Origin: an uncultured Alphaproteobacteria bacterium
GTDB taxonomy: Bacteria; Pseudomonadota; Alphaproteobacteria; Rhizobiales; Xanthobacteraceae
Reading direction: 5' to 3'
NCBI GenBank assembly: GCA_963725495.1
Contig: CAVRYM010000005.1
Span: forward strand, 723,617 to 787,616
Length of the DNA: 64,000 bases
Under the pieces are notes generated by a model, which was not told the DNA's origin, made no database searches, and saw nothing but the letters and a program-made list of their open reading frames with translations. The position numbers and the translations under genes are program-made. Below, in pieces: positions 46,109 to 57,710 of this stretch; position 1 is the first letter of the stretch; each line of letters opens with the position of its first letter.

Positions 46109-47248
46109 CTACAACTCGGCGATCGTCTGCCGGTTGATCTCGCCGACCTTGTTCACCCCGGCGAGCGCCATGGTGATGTCGAGCTCGTTGCGCATGATCG
46201 CGATGGCGCGGGCGACGCCTCGCTCGCCGCCGGCGCCAAGGCCGTAGATGTAGGCGCGGCCCGCCAGGCATGCGTGCGCACCAAGCGCGAGCGCGCGGAA
46301 TATGTCCTGGCCGGAGCGGATACCGCCGTCGAACAAAATCTCGATCTCGGCGCCGAGCGCTTCGGCGATCTGCGGCAGAACGGAAATCGAGGATGGCGCG
46401 CCGTCGAGCTGGCGGCCGCCGTGATTGGATACGACCAAAGCCGCCGCGCCGGCCTTGGCGGCGGCGCGGGCATCTTCAAGATCGAGGATACCCTTGAGGA
46501 TTAGCTTGCCCGGCCAAAGGCTCTTGATCCACTCGACGTCCTTCCAGGTCAGCGTCGGATCGAACTGCTCGGCGATCCACTTCGACAGCACGGTGACGTT
46601 CGCCATGCCGGGATAGTGGCCGGCGATATTGCCGAAGGTCTTTCGTTTGCCCCGCGCGATGCTCCACACCCACGCCGGTTTGGTGGCAATGTCGATCAGA
46701 TTTGAAAGGCGAAGCTCCGGCGGAACGGTCATGCCGTTCCTGATGTCGCGATGGCGCTGGCCGATGACCTGAAGGTCGACGGTGAGAACGAGCGCACTGC
46801 ACTTGGCCGCCGCCGCCCGCTCGATCAGGGAGCGGATATAGCCGCGGTCCTTCATGACGTAGAGCTGGAACCAGAACGGCTTGTCGACTGCTGCCGCGAC
46901 ATCCTCGATCGAACAGATCGACATGGTTGAGAGCGTGTAGGGGATGCCGGCGGCCTGCGCGGCGCGGCAGGCGTGAATCTCGCCGTCGCCATATTGCATG
47001 CCGGTCAGCCCGACCGGCGCGAGCGCGAGCGGCAGCGAAGCGGGCTCGCCGACGATCGTGGTCGCGGTGCTGCGATGACCGACATCTTGCAGGATACGCT
47101 GGCGCAACCTGATGCGTTCGAGATCGGCGCGATTGGCGTGCAGTGTCTGCTCGGCGTAAGAGCCGGATTCACAATAATCGACAAATGCGCGCGGGACCCT
47201 GCGGTGGTACCGCTGCCGCAAGTCCTCGATGCAGGTCATGTTTTTCAT
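46109..47248 (-). CDS. FMN-dependent alpha-hydroxy acid dehydrogenase (L-lactate dehydrogenase-like)
   Basis: VVSNHGGRQLDG motif, and an N-terminus typical of LldD-like enzymes. Confidence 0.85.
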   Translation of the reverse strand: MKNMTCIEDLRQRYHRRVPRAFVDYCESGSYAEQTLHANRADLERIRLRQRILQDVGHRSTATTIVGEPASLPLALAPVGLTGMQYGDGEIHACRAAQAAGIPYTLSTMSICSIEDVAAAVDKPFWFQLYVMKDRGYIRSLIERAAAAKCSALVLTVDLQVIGQRHRDIRNGMTVPPELRLSNLIDIATKPAWVWSIARGKRKTFGNIAGHYPGMANVTVLSKWIAEQFDPTLTWKDVEWIKSLWPGKLILKGILDLEDARAAAKAGAAALVVSNHGGRQLDGAPSSISVLPQIAEALGAEIEILFDGGIRSGQDIFRALALGAHACLAGRAYIYGLGAGGERGVARAIAIMRNELDITMALAGVNKVGEINRQTIAEL

Positions 47249-47322
47249 GGATTGTGGATCCCGGCCTCTCGGACGTCTTGATAGCACAAGAAACGCGGAA
47301 TTCGGCGCTTCCCGGCGGACGG

Positions 47323-47347
47323 GGAACGCAGTTTCGCCTCGGTCGTT
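47323..47347 (+). promoter_or_regulatory. EcfG-type general stress response promoter GGAAC-N16-CGTT
   Basis: ggaac (47323-47327), 16-nt spacer, cgtt (47344-47347). Lies 26 nt upstream of the ATG at 47373. Confidence 0.5.
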
Positions 47348-47372
47348 ATCTTATATGTTGAGCGGGGTTCGG

Positions 47373-47606
47373 ATGAATATCTTCCGGATGAAGGCAATGG
47401 CTGACGCATGGGATAGACAGAGCTCCGGCCGGCGACGCGAGCGCGACGAAGATTTCGAGGAGCGCCAGCGCGGGCCCACAGAGGCGGAGCACCGGAAGGC
47501 ACTCGACGAGGCGCTCGACGCCGGGTTGGAGGACTCCTTTCCGGCCTCCGATCCGGTCTCGGTCACCCAGCCGCCGCGCAGCCCCTACGACAAGAACGGC
47601 GCGTAG
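47373..47606 (+). CDS. Small acidic stress-type protein, 77 aa
   Basis: MNIFRMKAMADAWDRQ...LEDSFPASDPVSVTQPP. Preceded by the EcfG-like promoter. Confidence 0.55.
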   Translation: MNIFRMKAMADAWDRQSSGRRRERDEDFEERQRGPTEAEHRKALDEALDAGLEDSFPASDPVSVTQPPRSPYDKNGA

Positions 47607-47817
47607 AGCCAAATAGGCGCGCCGATCGCCGACTGCCCGCCGGTTCCACGCCCGGTTCCGGCATGACGTCATCAACGTGTTGACGGTTCGTCAGATTTCC
47701 TGGCCTATGCTGAATAACAGGCTACTCACGGCAGTAAGATTACTGCATTTTTTTTGAAGCGGCCGAGGCGGGAAAAGGGCTATTATCCCGACCGCGGAGA
47801 GGTAGGCGGCGGGGCAC

Positions 47818-49161
<1,344 letters not shown>

Positions 49162-49166
49162 AGGCC

Positions 49167-49302
49167 GTCGTTCCGGGGCCGGCCGCAGGCCGGAGGCCGG
49201 AATCTATAACCACAGTCATCTGGCAATCGTTTCGACGAACGTGCCGCTGCGTTCGTGATTATGGATTCCGGGCTGGCCGCTTGGCGGCGCCCCGGAATGA
49301 CA
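49167..49302. repeat. REP-type element (ttccggggc...gccccggaatgac with an internal cgacgaacg...cgttcgtg hairpin)
   Basis: Long imperfect inverted repeat between glmM and mntR. Confidence 0.55.
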
Positions 49303-49305
49303 GCT

Positions 49306-49773
49306 TCACCCCCGCGTCTTTAAAAACTGCGCGAACGCCTTCAGCGTCGTTTCGGAGACGTAGTGCTCGATGCCTTCGGCGTCGGCCTCCGCCGCTTCGC
49401 TGGGCACGCCGAGCGCGCGCAACAGATCGACGACAAGGCGGTGGCGCACGCGTACGCGTTCGGCGAGCGCCTGGCCCTTCTCGGTGAGGAAGACCCCGCG
49501 ATAGGGGCGGGCGGTGGCGAGCCCGGCACGCTTGAGCCGCGCGATGGTCTTGATCGCGGTGGCGTGCGAAACCCCGAGGCGGCGCGCGATGTCGGTCGGC
49601 CGCGCCTCGCCTTCACTGGCCAGAAGATCGGCGATCAGCTCGGCATAGTCCTCGAGCAGCGCGGTCGATTGCGCCGAGCGCGTCTTGCCGAAACGGCGCG
49701 CCTGGGTGCCTTCGGCCGGGAGCTTTGCCGGGGCCGGATGGACCCCGTCCGCTGGTGAGGGTGAGCGCGCCAT
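49306..49773 (-). CDS. mntR: DtxR-family manganese-responsive transcriptional regulator
   Basis: EDYAELIADLL...ARPTDIARRLGVSHATAIKTIARLKRAGL HTH. Divergent from mntH. Confidence 0.75.
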   Translation of the reverse strand: MARSPSPADGVHPAPAKLPAEGTQARRFGKTRSAQSTALLEDYAELIADLLASEGEARPTDIARRLGVSHATAIKTIARLKRAGLATARPYRGVFLTEKGQALAERVRVRHRLVVDLLRALGVPSEAAEADAEGIEHYVSETTLKAFAQFLKTRG

Positions 49774-49807
49774 GCGCCAGCCGAGAACACATTTTTACGG
49801 CCGTGTC

Positions 49808-49831
49808 AAAATGTAGACAAAGCTACATTTT
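49808..49831. promoter_or_regulatory. Palindrome aaaatgtag-acaaag-ctacatttt in the mntR-mntH intergenic region, a candidate metalloregulator operator
   Basis: Perfect 9-bp arms. A further half-site gctacatttt lies about 45 nt downstream. TTGACG at 49839 may be the mntH -35. Confidence 0.5.
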
Positions 49832-49904
49832 ATAGCCGTTGACGAAATGCCGCGTCGCGTATATTGTAACTAATGCTACATTTTGGTGTGACTGCTATAC
49901 AGCC

Positions 49905-51255
49905 ATGCTTCGCCGGTTTACGGATGAGGATATTGCGGTGACCGAGGCAGTGGTTCGTCCGGCCTCGCTGACCGAGCGGACGGTCGCCGCCGCCCGTGCG
50001 GTGCTGGACGGGAAACGCGGCAGCTGGCGCGGCTACCTGGCATTCGCCGGCCCTGCGGTCATCGTTTCGATTGCCTACATCGATCCGGGAAACTTCGCGA
50101 CCAACATCCAGGCGGGAGCGAAATACGGCTACAGCCTCCTTTGGGTGGTGCTGGTCGCCAACCTGATCGCCATGCTGTTCCAGGCCCTGTCGGCCAAGCT
50201 TGGCATCGTGACCGGTCGCAATCTCGCGGAAATGTGCCGCGAGCAGTTTCCGCGGCCCGTGGTGTGGGCGATGTGGGTGGTCAGCGAGATTGCCGCCATG
50301 GCAACCGACCTCGCCGAGTTTCTCGGCGGTGCCATCGGGCTTTCATTACTGTTTCAGATGCCACTAGTGGTTGGGATGGTCATTACCGGAGTCGTGACCT
50401 ATGGCATCCTGATGTTCGAGGGATTCGGCTTCCGGCCAATAGAGCTGATCATCGGCAGCATGGTGTTCATCATCGGCCTTTGCTACGTCGTCGAGATGTT
50501 CATTGTCCCGGTCGATTGGCCGTCGGCGCTGCTGCACACTTTCAAGCCGGAAATCGCCGACGCCCAGGCGCTACTGCTTTCGGTCGGAATTATCGGTGCG
50601 ACCGTCATGCCGCATGCGGTCTATCTGCATTCCGGGCTGACGCAGGCGCGTATGCCGGTACACGACGATGCCGAGCGGCGTAATGTGCTGCGCTTCTCCA
50701 ACCACGAAGTGATCATCGCGCTTACTGTCGCCGGCCTTGTCAACATGGCCATGGTGATGATGGCTTCGGGTGCGTTTCACGCCGGTCATCCGGAAGTCGC
50801 CGAGATCGAGACGGCCTATCACACTCTGACGCCGCTGCTCGGGATCGGCGCTGCCGGCATATTTCTTCTGTCTCTCATTGCTTCTGGTGTGTCGGCCTCG
50901 ACGGTCGGGACGATGGCCGGGCAAATGATCATGCAAGGCTTCATCGGTTTTCGGATTCCGATCTGGCTGCGCCGCCTCGTCACCATGGTGCCGGCCTTCG
51001 TGGTCGTCGCGCTTGGCGTCAATGCGACGAACGCGCTGGTGATCAGCCAGGTGGTACTGTCGATCGCGCTGCCGCTGCCGATGATTTCGCTGCTGATCTT
51101 CACGCGGCGCGCCGACATCATGGGCCAATTCGCCAACAGCCGGTTCACGCAGAGCTGCGGCGCTGATCGGCACGGCCGTGGTGCTCTTGCTCAACCTGTT
51201 CCTCATTGTGCAGATTTGCGGCGTTCCGATTCCGGGCTTGTCGCCGCCGGCGTAG
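49905..51255 (+). pseudogene. mntH: Nramp-family divalent metal (Mn2+) transporter MntH with a +1 frameshift near 51150
   Basis: AYIDPGNFATNIQAG motif. The hydrophobic tail AAALIGTAVVLLLNLFLIVQICGVPIPGLSPPA-stop is in the +1 frame. Confidence 0.85.
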
Positions 51256-51374
51256 GCGCAACTGTCGGACAGCTGACAATTTCGTCGATTGCGACTATCG
51301 TGCGCGCCACGCCGTGAACCTCTGCAACGGCCAAGCGGCGCAAAAACCACGCGGATTTATCGGAGGAGGATTGC

Positions 51375-51831
51375 ATGAGAAGGACAATATTGTCGTCGGC
51401 GCTGGCGGCATTCGCGCTCACGATCGGACTAGCGGTCGCGGTCTGCGCAGCAATTCGGCACCGCCGCCGAAGCCAAGGCCATGCTTGAGAAGGCGGTCGC
51501 CGCGCTCAAGGCCAACGAGGCGGACGCGCTGGCCAAGTTCAACAGCCCGACCGGCGGATTTCGCGACCGCGACCTCTACGTGTTCTGCTTCGACATGACG
51601 ACCGGCAATTTCAACGCACATGTCAACCCGGCGCTAATGGGGACCGACGTCCGCAATCTGAAAGTGGGCGGCCAAGCGGTCGGCGCGCTGGTGTTCGCCG
51701 CGGCCAAGGAAGGTACGATCACGACGGTGGACTACGACTTCCCGAAGCCGGGCACGACCCAGCCGGTTCCAAAGGAATCGTTCGTGACGCGAGTCGGCAA
51801 CGAAGGCTGCGGCGTCGGCTACTACAAATAA
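51375..51831 (+). pseudogene. Periplasmic single Cache-like domain protein with a +1 frameshift near 51440
   Basis: RBS GGAGGAGGA. Signal peptide MRRTILSSALAAFALTIGLAVA is in frame 51375. The mature part (AQQFGTAAEAKAMLEKAVAALK...) is in frame 51481. Confidence 0.6.
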
Positions 51832-51837
51832 CCAAAA

Positions 51838-51863
51838 GGGCCGCCCGCTTGCGCGGGAGGCCC
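51838..51863 (-). terminator. Hairpin gggcctcccgcgcaagcgggcggccc followed by TTTTGG on the minus strand, a candidate cspA terminator
   Basis: GC-rich stem plus T-run, read on the minus strand. Confidence 0.4.
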
Positions 51864-51893
51864 AATAACAATTGCCGCAAACACTCTGCTTGA

Positions 51894-51928
51894 GCATGGC
51901 CCGATTTGATCGGGCCATGCTTTTATTT
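51894..51928 (+). terminator. Rho-independent terminator gcatggcccgat-ttg-atcgggccatgc followed by ttttattt
   Basis: 12-bp perfect stem plus T-tract, 60 nt after the Cache gene stop. Confidence 0.6.
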
Positions 51929-51972
51929 CCAGCGTAACGGTCGCGGCCCCGCGAGGACGCGCGATCGCGCAA

Positions 51973-52185
51973 TCACCCGGCGGTCTTCAGGTTCTCGGCC
52001 GCAGACTTGCCGGTCTTCTTGTCCGTCACGATCTCGAAGGACACGCGCTGGCCCTCCTTGAGGTCGCGCAGGCCGGCGCGCTCGACGGCGCTGATATGGA
52101 CGAACACGTCCTTGCCGCCGCCCTCGGGCTGGATGAAGCCATAGCCCTTCTGCGTGTTGAACCACTTCACGGTACCGTTGCTCAC
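51973..52185 (-). CDS. cspA: Cold-shock protein (CspA family)
   Basis: [18 protein letters not shown]...DVFVHISA. Confidence 0.9.
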   Translation of the reverse strand: MSNGTVKWFNTQKGYGFIQPEGGGKDVFVHISAVERAGLRDLKEGQRVSFEIVTDKKTGKSAAENLKTAG

Positions 52186-52531
52186 GGGGCACCCCTTTTG
52201 ATAGAAACGTCAAATTGAACCGAGCGAGAGTGCCCGGTCCGGTTAGCTCGAGATTTTGGTGAAGGATCGTCAGTTAGGCGCACTTATCGTCGCTGCGTGG
52301 CCAAGCCTTTCGGCCGAAAACTCGATTGGCCCTATGTAGCCGCAACCTTCCGGCTGTGCAAGACCGGAAGGGGGTCCTTATGCGGGCGGCCGGCGCAGTC
52401 TTAACGGAATGAGAATGCCGCGTAGGCATTTGTTTGAACAGGATGTTTTCGGAAAATCCGCGACCTGCGTGACCGCGTTGGCGGGCAATTTTCTGATCTG
52501 GATCGGTTAGGCCCCGTCGCGCGCGGCGAGC

Positions 52532-53540
52532 CTATTCGGCAACCTGCACGATACCGCCGCTTTGCGCCGATTGGACGACGGCATCAAATACCGCCATGCC
52601 GTGCAACACCTCACCGATCGGGACCGGGTATGGCTTTCTTTCGCGGATCGCCCGCGCGAACGCGGTGAGCTCAGCCTTAAGCGTATCGAAGCCGGGAAAT
52701 TCCATGATCTCGTCGGGCGGCGCCCGCACCGGCCCGATCGGCGCGGCCGTCGACGCCGGCACGAAGCGAAAGCGTGACAAATCCGGCCGCGAAATCTCGC
52801 CGAGGCCTTCGCTGCCATAGAGCGTGAAATTGAAATTGGTGGCAGTTGCCACCGAGCAGAAAATCGAGCCCGGACGCGCCGCTCGCAAATTGCAGCATGA
52901 GCGTCGTCGTGTCGTCGGAGGGCCCGGGATAATTGCGCGCCGTGACGCAGCGCACCTCGTGCACGCGGCCGGCAAGTTCGATCATGTGGTCGAGCGAATG
53001 CACGCCGGTTGCGGTAAACGCGCCGCCCAGCGCCTCCTCCGGCGCCGCGCGCCAATTGTCGAGCGGAACGAATTGCGCGGTCGAGGTGGTGTGCTGCGCC
53101 ACCATCGCGACGACCTTGCCGAGGCGGCCGCCACGCAGGCGCTTGCGCAGCTCGCAGACGCTCGGGTGAAAGCGGCGGTTCAAGCCGACGGCAAGCGTGA
53201 GACCGTTGTCGGCCGCCGCCGCGGCAACACGGCGCGCGCCTTGCAGGTCGAGCGTCAGCGGCTTTTCGACAAAGACGTGCTTGCCGGCACCGAGTGCGGC
53301 CAGCGCCTGCGCCTCGTGCTGGCTGTGCGGCGTGGCGAGCACGACCGCCTCGATGTCCGGCCGGCGCAGAATCTCCTCGAAGCTGTCGGCGAGCGCAATG
53401 CCATTGGCGCGGCAGAAGTCCTCGGCATTCTTGCGCGTACCGCTCGCGCCGGCGAGGAAGCGGATGTCGCCGCTGCCGCTGGCGGCAGCGGCCAGCGATC
53501 GGCCCCAGCGGCCGAGCCCGACAATGGCGGCATTGATCAT
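52532..53540 (-). pseudogene. Gfo/Idh/MocA family oxidoreductase with a +1 frameshift near 52870
   Basis: MINAAIVGLGRWG Rossmann start. The C-terminal half is in ORF 52532-52975. Removing one G from the ccggg run restores ...QFASGASGSIFCSVATATNFNFTLYGSEG. Confidence 0.8.
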
Positions 53541-53558
53541 CGCGTGATCGCCATCACT

Positions 53559-53724
53559 CTAGTGGTCCGATTCTAGCATTCGCATCTTGGTTCGGCAGGC
53601 TCTCATGCGAATGCTAGAATTAAAGGACCACTAGCAACTATAGTTCAAGTGAAGCTTTGGATTTGACATTCGCTTCGCGAGCTAACGGCTGGGTGGGTAG
53701 CGAATGTCAAATCCGCTTCACTAG
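53559..53724 (+). repeat. Double-hairpin repeat element (about 166 nt), copy 1
   Basis: Hairpin 1 is ctagtggtccgattctagcattcgcat...atgcgaatgctagaatt.aaaggaccactag. Hairpin 2 is gtgaagctttggatttgacattcgct...agcgaatgtcaaatccgcttcac. Copy 2 lies at 62289-62457. Confidence 0.85.
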
Positions 53725-55580
53725 CGCGCCGCGCACGAGCGCCGCATAAATCCGCTCGGACAAGGTTTTCGGCCGCTCAAGACCGAGCCGCGCGAGGCGC
53801 TCGTCGTCCTTTGGCGCGGCCGAGAAGAGGCCGCGCAGCAACAAGGCCGGAAGCTCCCGCCACGATGCAGATCTCAATGTCGCCAGGGCCGGGAGAAGCC
53901 GCTGCTCAACTTCGGTGAAATCGCTGCCGAACGGGAATGCCGGCAACAGGCCAGCATCGGCGGCCGACCGCATGTTCCGTTCGATCACTTCGGGAAAATT
54001 GCCGCGCGCCGATTTTGGCAGCTCGAACGCGTCCTCGATCTTGCCCGCATCCTTGGCCTGCCGCAGCAAGTCGTCCTGGAAACGCGAGTCGGCGATCGAA
54101 AGCATCGCGGCGATCACGTCGCGGTCGCTTTTGCCGCGGATGTTGGCGATGCCGTATTCGGTGATGATGATGTCGCGCAGATGCCGCGGAATGGTGGTGT
54201 GGCCGTAGCGCCAGCGGATGTTCGACGTCAGCTTGCCGTTGGCGTAACGCGTCGCGTGCAGAATGAGCGCCGAGCGCGCGCCTTCGAGCGCGAAACCCTG
54301 GGCGACGAAATTATATTGGCCGCCGACGCCGGAGACGATGCGGCCGTCGTCGAGGCCGTCCGAGATCACGTCGCCGAGAAGCGTCGCCATCATTGCGTCG
54401 TTGAGGAAACGCGCGCCAACGCGCGCGCGCCGCTTTTCCGCCTCGTCGCCGTAGAGTTCGTTGACGTAGGAGATCGCGGTCATGCCGAATTTCTTGATTT
54501 CCTCACGCTTCATCTCGCGCAGGCTGCGGGTGAACGCGCGCGATCCGAGGAAGAATCCGGCGTGCAGCACCGCGCCGTTGACTTCGCGCTTGAGAATTCC
54601 GGCACGATAGAGATCGAGCATGCCCTCGACGAACATTTCCGAGCAGCCGTAGACGCCATCGTCGAATGGCTCGCAATGAACGTCGGGGTCGCGCGCGTGA
54701 TCGTAGCCGAGCTGCGTGAGCAGCCGGCAATATTCTTCGCCGTTGTGATGCCGGAGCACCAGCGCCTGCGCCACAGCGTCGCCGAGCGATCCGATGCCGA
54801 TCTGCAACGTGCCGCCGTCGAGGACGAGGCTGGCGGCATGCAGTCCGGCCGCATAATCCGACAGCGAGACCGGCGCGCGCGGCGGCGCGAACAACGGAAA
54901 ATCGGTCGCCGGGCCGTCGAGCATCACGTCGAATTCCTCGGCCGCGATCGCCGCGTCGCCGGGCATGAATGGCAGCTCGGAATTGAGTCTGACCGGCGAA
55001 CACAAAATCGGTGCGGCCTTCGCGGCGCAGCCGCAGCAGATCGAGCGTCAGGTCAGGATTGCAGCTCAGACTGTAGGGGAGCGGCGTCTCCTCTGCGCGG
55101 TGGGCGACAAGTTGCGCGACGACATTGACGCCGCGGGCGAGCACCGCTTGGAGCGCGTGGCTGTAATTGGCGCAAATGTAGTGCTGCTGCGCGTAAGGCG
55201 AGCCGAGCCAGCGCCCGGCGAGGAGGAAGAACTCGTTGACTTCGACGTTCGGCGGCAGCTTGCCGGCGCGGATCGCCGCCGCGTAATCGAGCGCCGGATA
55301 GCCTCCGAACGCGCGTTGCGAGATAGGATCGAAAAAACGCCGTTCGAGCTCACTGCTCGGCGCGCGGCGCTTCCAGCGTCAATCCGGTGAAGATGGTGAG
55401 CTTGAGCGAAGGATCGGCGGCTGCCCTGGCGAACAGCGCATTGGCGATATGGTTGGCCTTACCGAGGCCGAGCGGCAAGGCGAGCATGATCGTCTTGCCG
55501 ACCTTTTCGATGATCGCGTCGGCAATCCGCGCCGGGTCGTCGAAAAATCGCGGCGCCGCTGCCGCAGGCGAATGGATCAT
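53707..55580 (-). pseudogene. Acetyl-CoA hydrolase/transferase family protein with two +1 frameshifts (about 55356 and about 54987)
   Basis: Three consecutive frames carry MIHSPAAAAPRFFDD...LTLEAPRAE, then SELERRFFDPISQRAFGGYPALDY...FVFAGQ, then NSELPFMPGDAAIAAEEF... to the stop at 53707. Confidence 0.8.
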
Positions 55581-57697
55581 CGCGGGATGTCCCAGCCCGG
55601 ATCGGGCTGGAAGCGCGCTCCGTATTGATCGGCGAGCCGCTTGAGCGTGTCGCGCACGTCAGCAAAACCGCGGGTGTGCGCATAGTGCATCGGTCCGCCG
55701 CGGAACGGCGCGAAGCCGGTGGCAAAGATCATCGCGCCATCGAGGATCTGCTCATCGGCGACCACGCCCTCGCGCAGGCAGGTCATGCAGGCATCGAGCA
55801 TCGGCAGGATGAGCCGGTCGGCTGCATCCGGCGGCGGCGCGGCGTCTTCGTGCGATTTGACGGCATGGCCGTCCTTCCAGTCGTAGAGGCCCTTGCCGGT
55901 CTTCTTGCCGAGTTCGCCCTTTGCCACCTTGTCCTTGAGCCATTGCGGCGCGTCCGGCATCTCGCGATGCAGACTGCCGCGCAGCATCTCGGCGACGTGC
56001 AGGCAGATGTCGAGCCCGACTTCATCGGCCAGTTCGATCGGTCCCATCGGCATGCCGAAATCGACCGCGGCCTTGTCGATGGTCTCCCTTTTCATGCCGC
56101 CGTCGAGCATGACCAAAGCTTCGAGCAGATAGGGCGTGAGCGCGCGATTGACCAAAAAGCCGGGCGCGCTTTTGACTGGCGCCGGCAGGCGGTCGATGCG
56201 GCCGAGGAAGGCGCGCGCATCGGCGAGCACGTCGGGCGCGACCTGGTCGTGGCTCACCACCTCGACGAGCTGCATGCGCGACACCGGATTGAAGAAATGG
56301 ATGCCGACGAGCCGCTCCGGCCGCGGCAGGCTCTCGCGCAATTGTTCGAGCGGAATGCTCGATGTGTTGCTGGCCAGAATCGCGCTCGGCTTCATCTTCG
56401 GCTCGATGCCGGCGAAGATTTTGCGCTTGAGTTCGAGATTTTCCGGCACCGCCTCGATGATCAGGTCGGCGCCTGCCACGCCGTCGCCGTTGAGATCAGG
56501 AACGAGGCGGTCGAGCGCATCGCGGGCGCGCAGGCGGTCGTCGCGGCCGATCCTGGCGTAGAGCTCGGCGGCGCGTTTGACGGCGCCGCCGATCGCATTC
56601 TGGCTGGTGTCGCCGAGCGTGACGACAAATCCGTTCCAGGCACACCAGGCGGCGATGTCGCCGCCCATGGTGCCGGCGCCAATGACGTGAATACGTTGTC
56701 CGCCCCACACGCCGCCGGCGAGGTTTTTCAGATTGTCGCGCAAGTAGAACACGCGCACAAGATTCTGCGCGGTGTCGCCGACCAGAAGCTTGGCGAACGA
56801 CGCGATCTCTGCTTTCTGCATGGCCTCGGCATCGCCGCCATGCTCGACCCAAAGGTCAATCAACGCGTAGGGGGCTGGATAGTGCGCGCGCGGCGCCCGC
56901 TTGGCGGCTTCGCTCGCCATCCGCGCGGCAAAGAGACGCCGCGCCGGCTTGGCGTTGAGCAGCGAGCCGACGACACCTTGCTTGGCCTTGACCATCTCGC
57001 CGCTGACGGCGGAGCGCACGGCGGCGCGCACGTGGCGCTCCTGCGTGACTGCATCGACCAGGCCCAGCCGCCGCGCGCCTCGCGGCCGCTCGCTCCTCCC
57101 GGTGAGCATCATGGTCATCGCCTTGAGCGGATCGATCAGGCGCGGCAGCCGCACCGTGCCACCGAGGCCGGGATGCAGTCCAAGCTGCACCTCGGGAAAG
57201 CCGAAGCTCGCGCCGTCGATGGCGATGCGAAAATCGCAGGCGAGCGCCAGTTCGAGCCCGCCGCCGAGGCAATAGCCGTGGATCACCGCGACCGTCACCG
57301 ATGGCAGCCGATCGAGCCGGTCAAGCACTGCGTGGCCGCGCGCAAGTGTCGCCTCGATCTGCGCCACATCGGTGACGCCGCGGAATTGCGCGATGTCGGC
57401 GCCGGCGATGAAACCTGCTGGCTTCGCCGAGCGGATGACCAAGCCCCACGGCGGATTTTGCTCGAGCTTTTCCAGAACCGCGTCGAGTTCGGTCAGCACA
57501 TCTTCCGACAACGTGTTGGCGCTTGCGTCTTTTTTGTCGAACAGGAGCCAGACGGTGCCGTCCTCGTCGGTGCGCATGCGCCAATGCGTCCAGGGGCTCG
57601 GCTCGGCGGCCGGATCGTCGATCGCGAACGGTCCGAGCTCGAGATTGCGCTTGCCGAGAATGGCGAGCACGGGCTTGGGATTTGGCAATGTTTTCAT
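55577..57697 (-). CDS. Bifunctional enoyl-CoA hydratase / 3-hydroxyacyl-CoA dehydrogenase (FadJ/FadB-like)
   Basis: Crotonase N-terminus (GFIAGADI, GGGLELALACD) and NAD-binding VIGAGTMGGDIA. 706 aa. Confidence 0.9.
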   Translation of the reverse strand: MKTLPNPKPVLAILGKRNLELGPFAIDDPAAEPSPWTHWRMRTDEDGTVWLLFDKKDASANTLSEDVLTELDAVLEKLEQNPPWGLVIRSAKPAGFIAGADIAQFRGVTDVAQIEATLARGHAVLDRLDRLPSVTVAVIHGYCLGGGLELALACDFRIAIDGASFGFPEVQLGLHPGLGGTVRLPRLIDPLKAMTMMLTGRSERPRGARRLGLVDAVTQERHVRAAVRSAVSGEMVKAKQGVVGSLLNAKPARRLFAARMASEAAKRAPRAHYPAPYALIDLWVEHGGDAEAMQKAEIASFAKLLVGDTAQNLVRVFYLRDNLKNLAGGVWGGQRIHVIGAGTMGGDIAAWCAWNGFVVTLGDTSQNAIGGAVKRAAELYARIGRDDRLRARDALDRLVPDLNGDGVAGADLIIEAVPENLELKRKIFAGIEPKMKPSAILASNTSSIPLEQLRESLPRPERLVGIHFFNPVSRMQLVEVVSHDQVAPDVLADARAFLGRIDRLPAPVKSAPGFLVNRALTPYLLEALVMLDGGMKRETIDKAAVDFGMPMGPIELADEVGLDICLHVAEMLRGSLHREMPDAPQWLKDKVAKGELGKKTGKGLYDWKDGHAVKSHEDAAPPPDAADRLILPMLDACMTCLREGVVADEQILDGAMIFATGFAPFRGGPMHYAHTRGFADVRDTLKRLADQYGARFQPDPGWDIPR

Positions 57698-57710
57698 CTG
57701 TGCGGCCCGG

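Noticed and set aside
47336-47355. Fourth LexA box (ttatatgttgagcggggttc)
   Set aside because: The half-sites are GTTG and GTTC with a 6-nt rather than 7-nt spacer. The region is better explained by the overlapping EcfG-type promoter.
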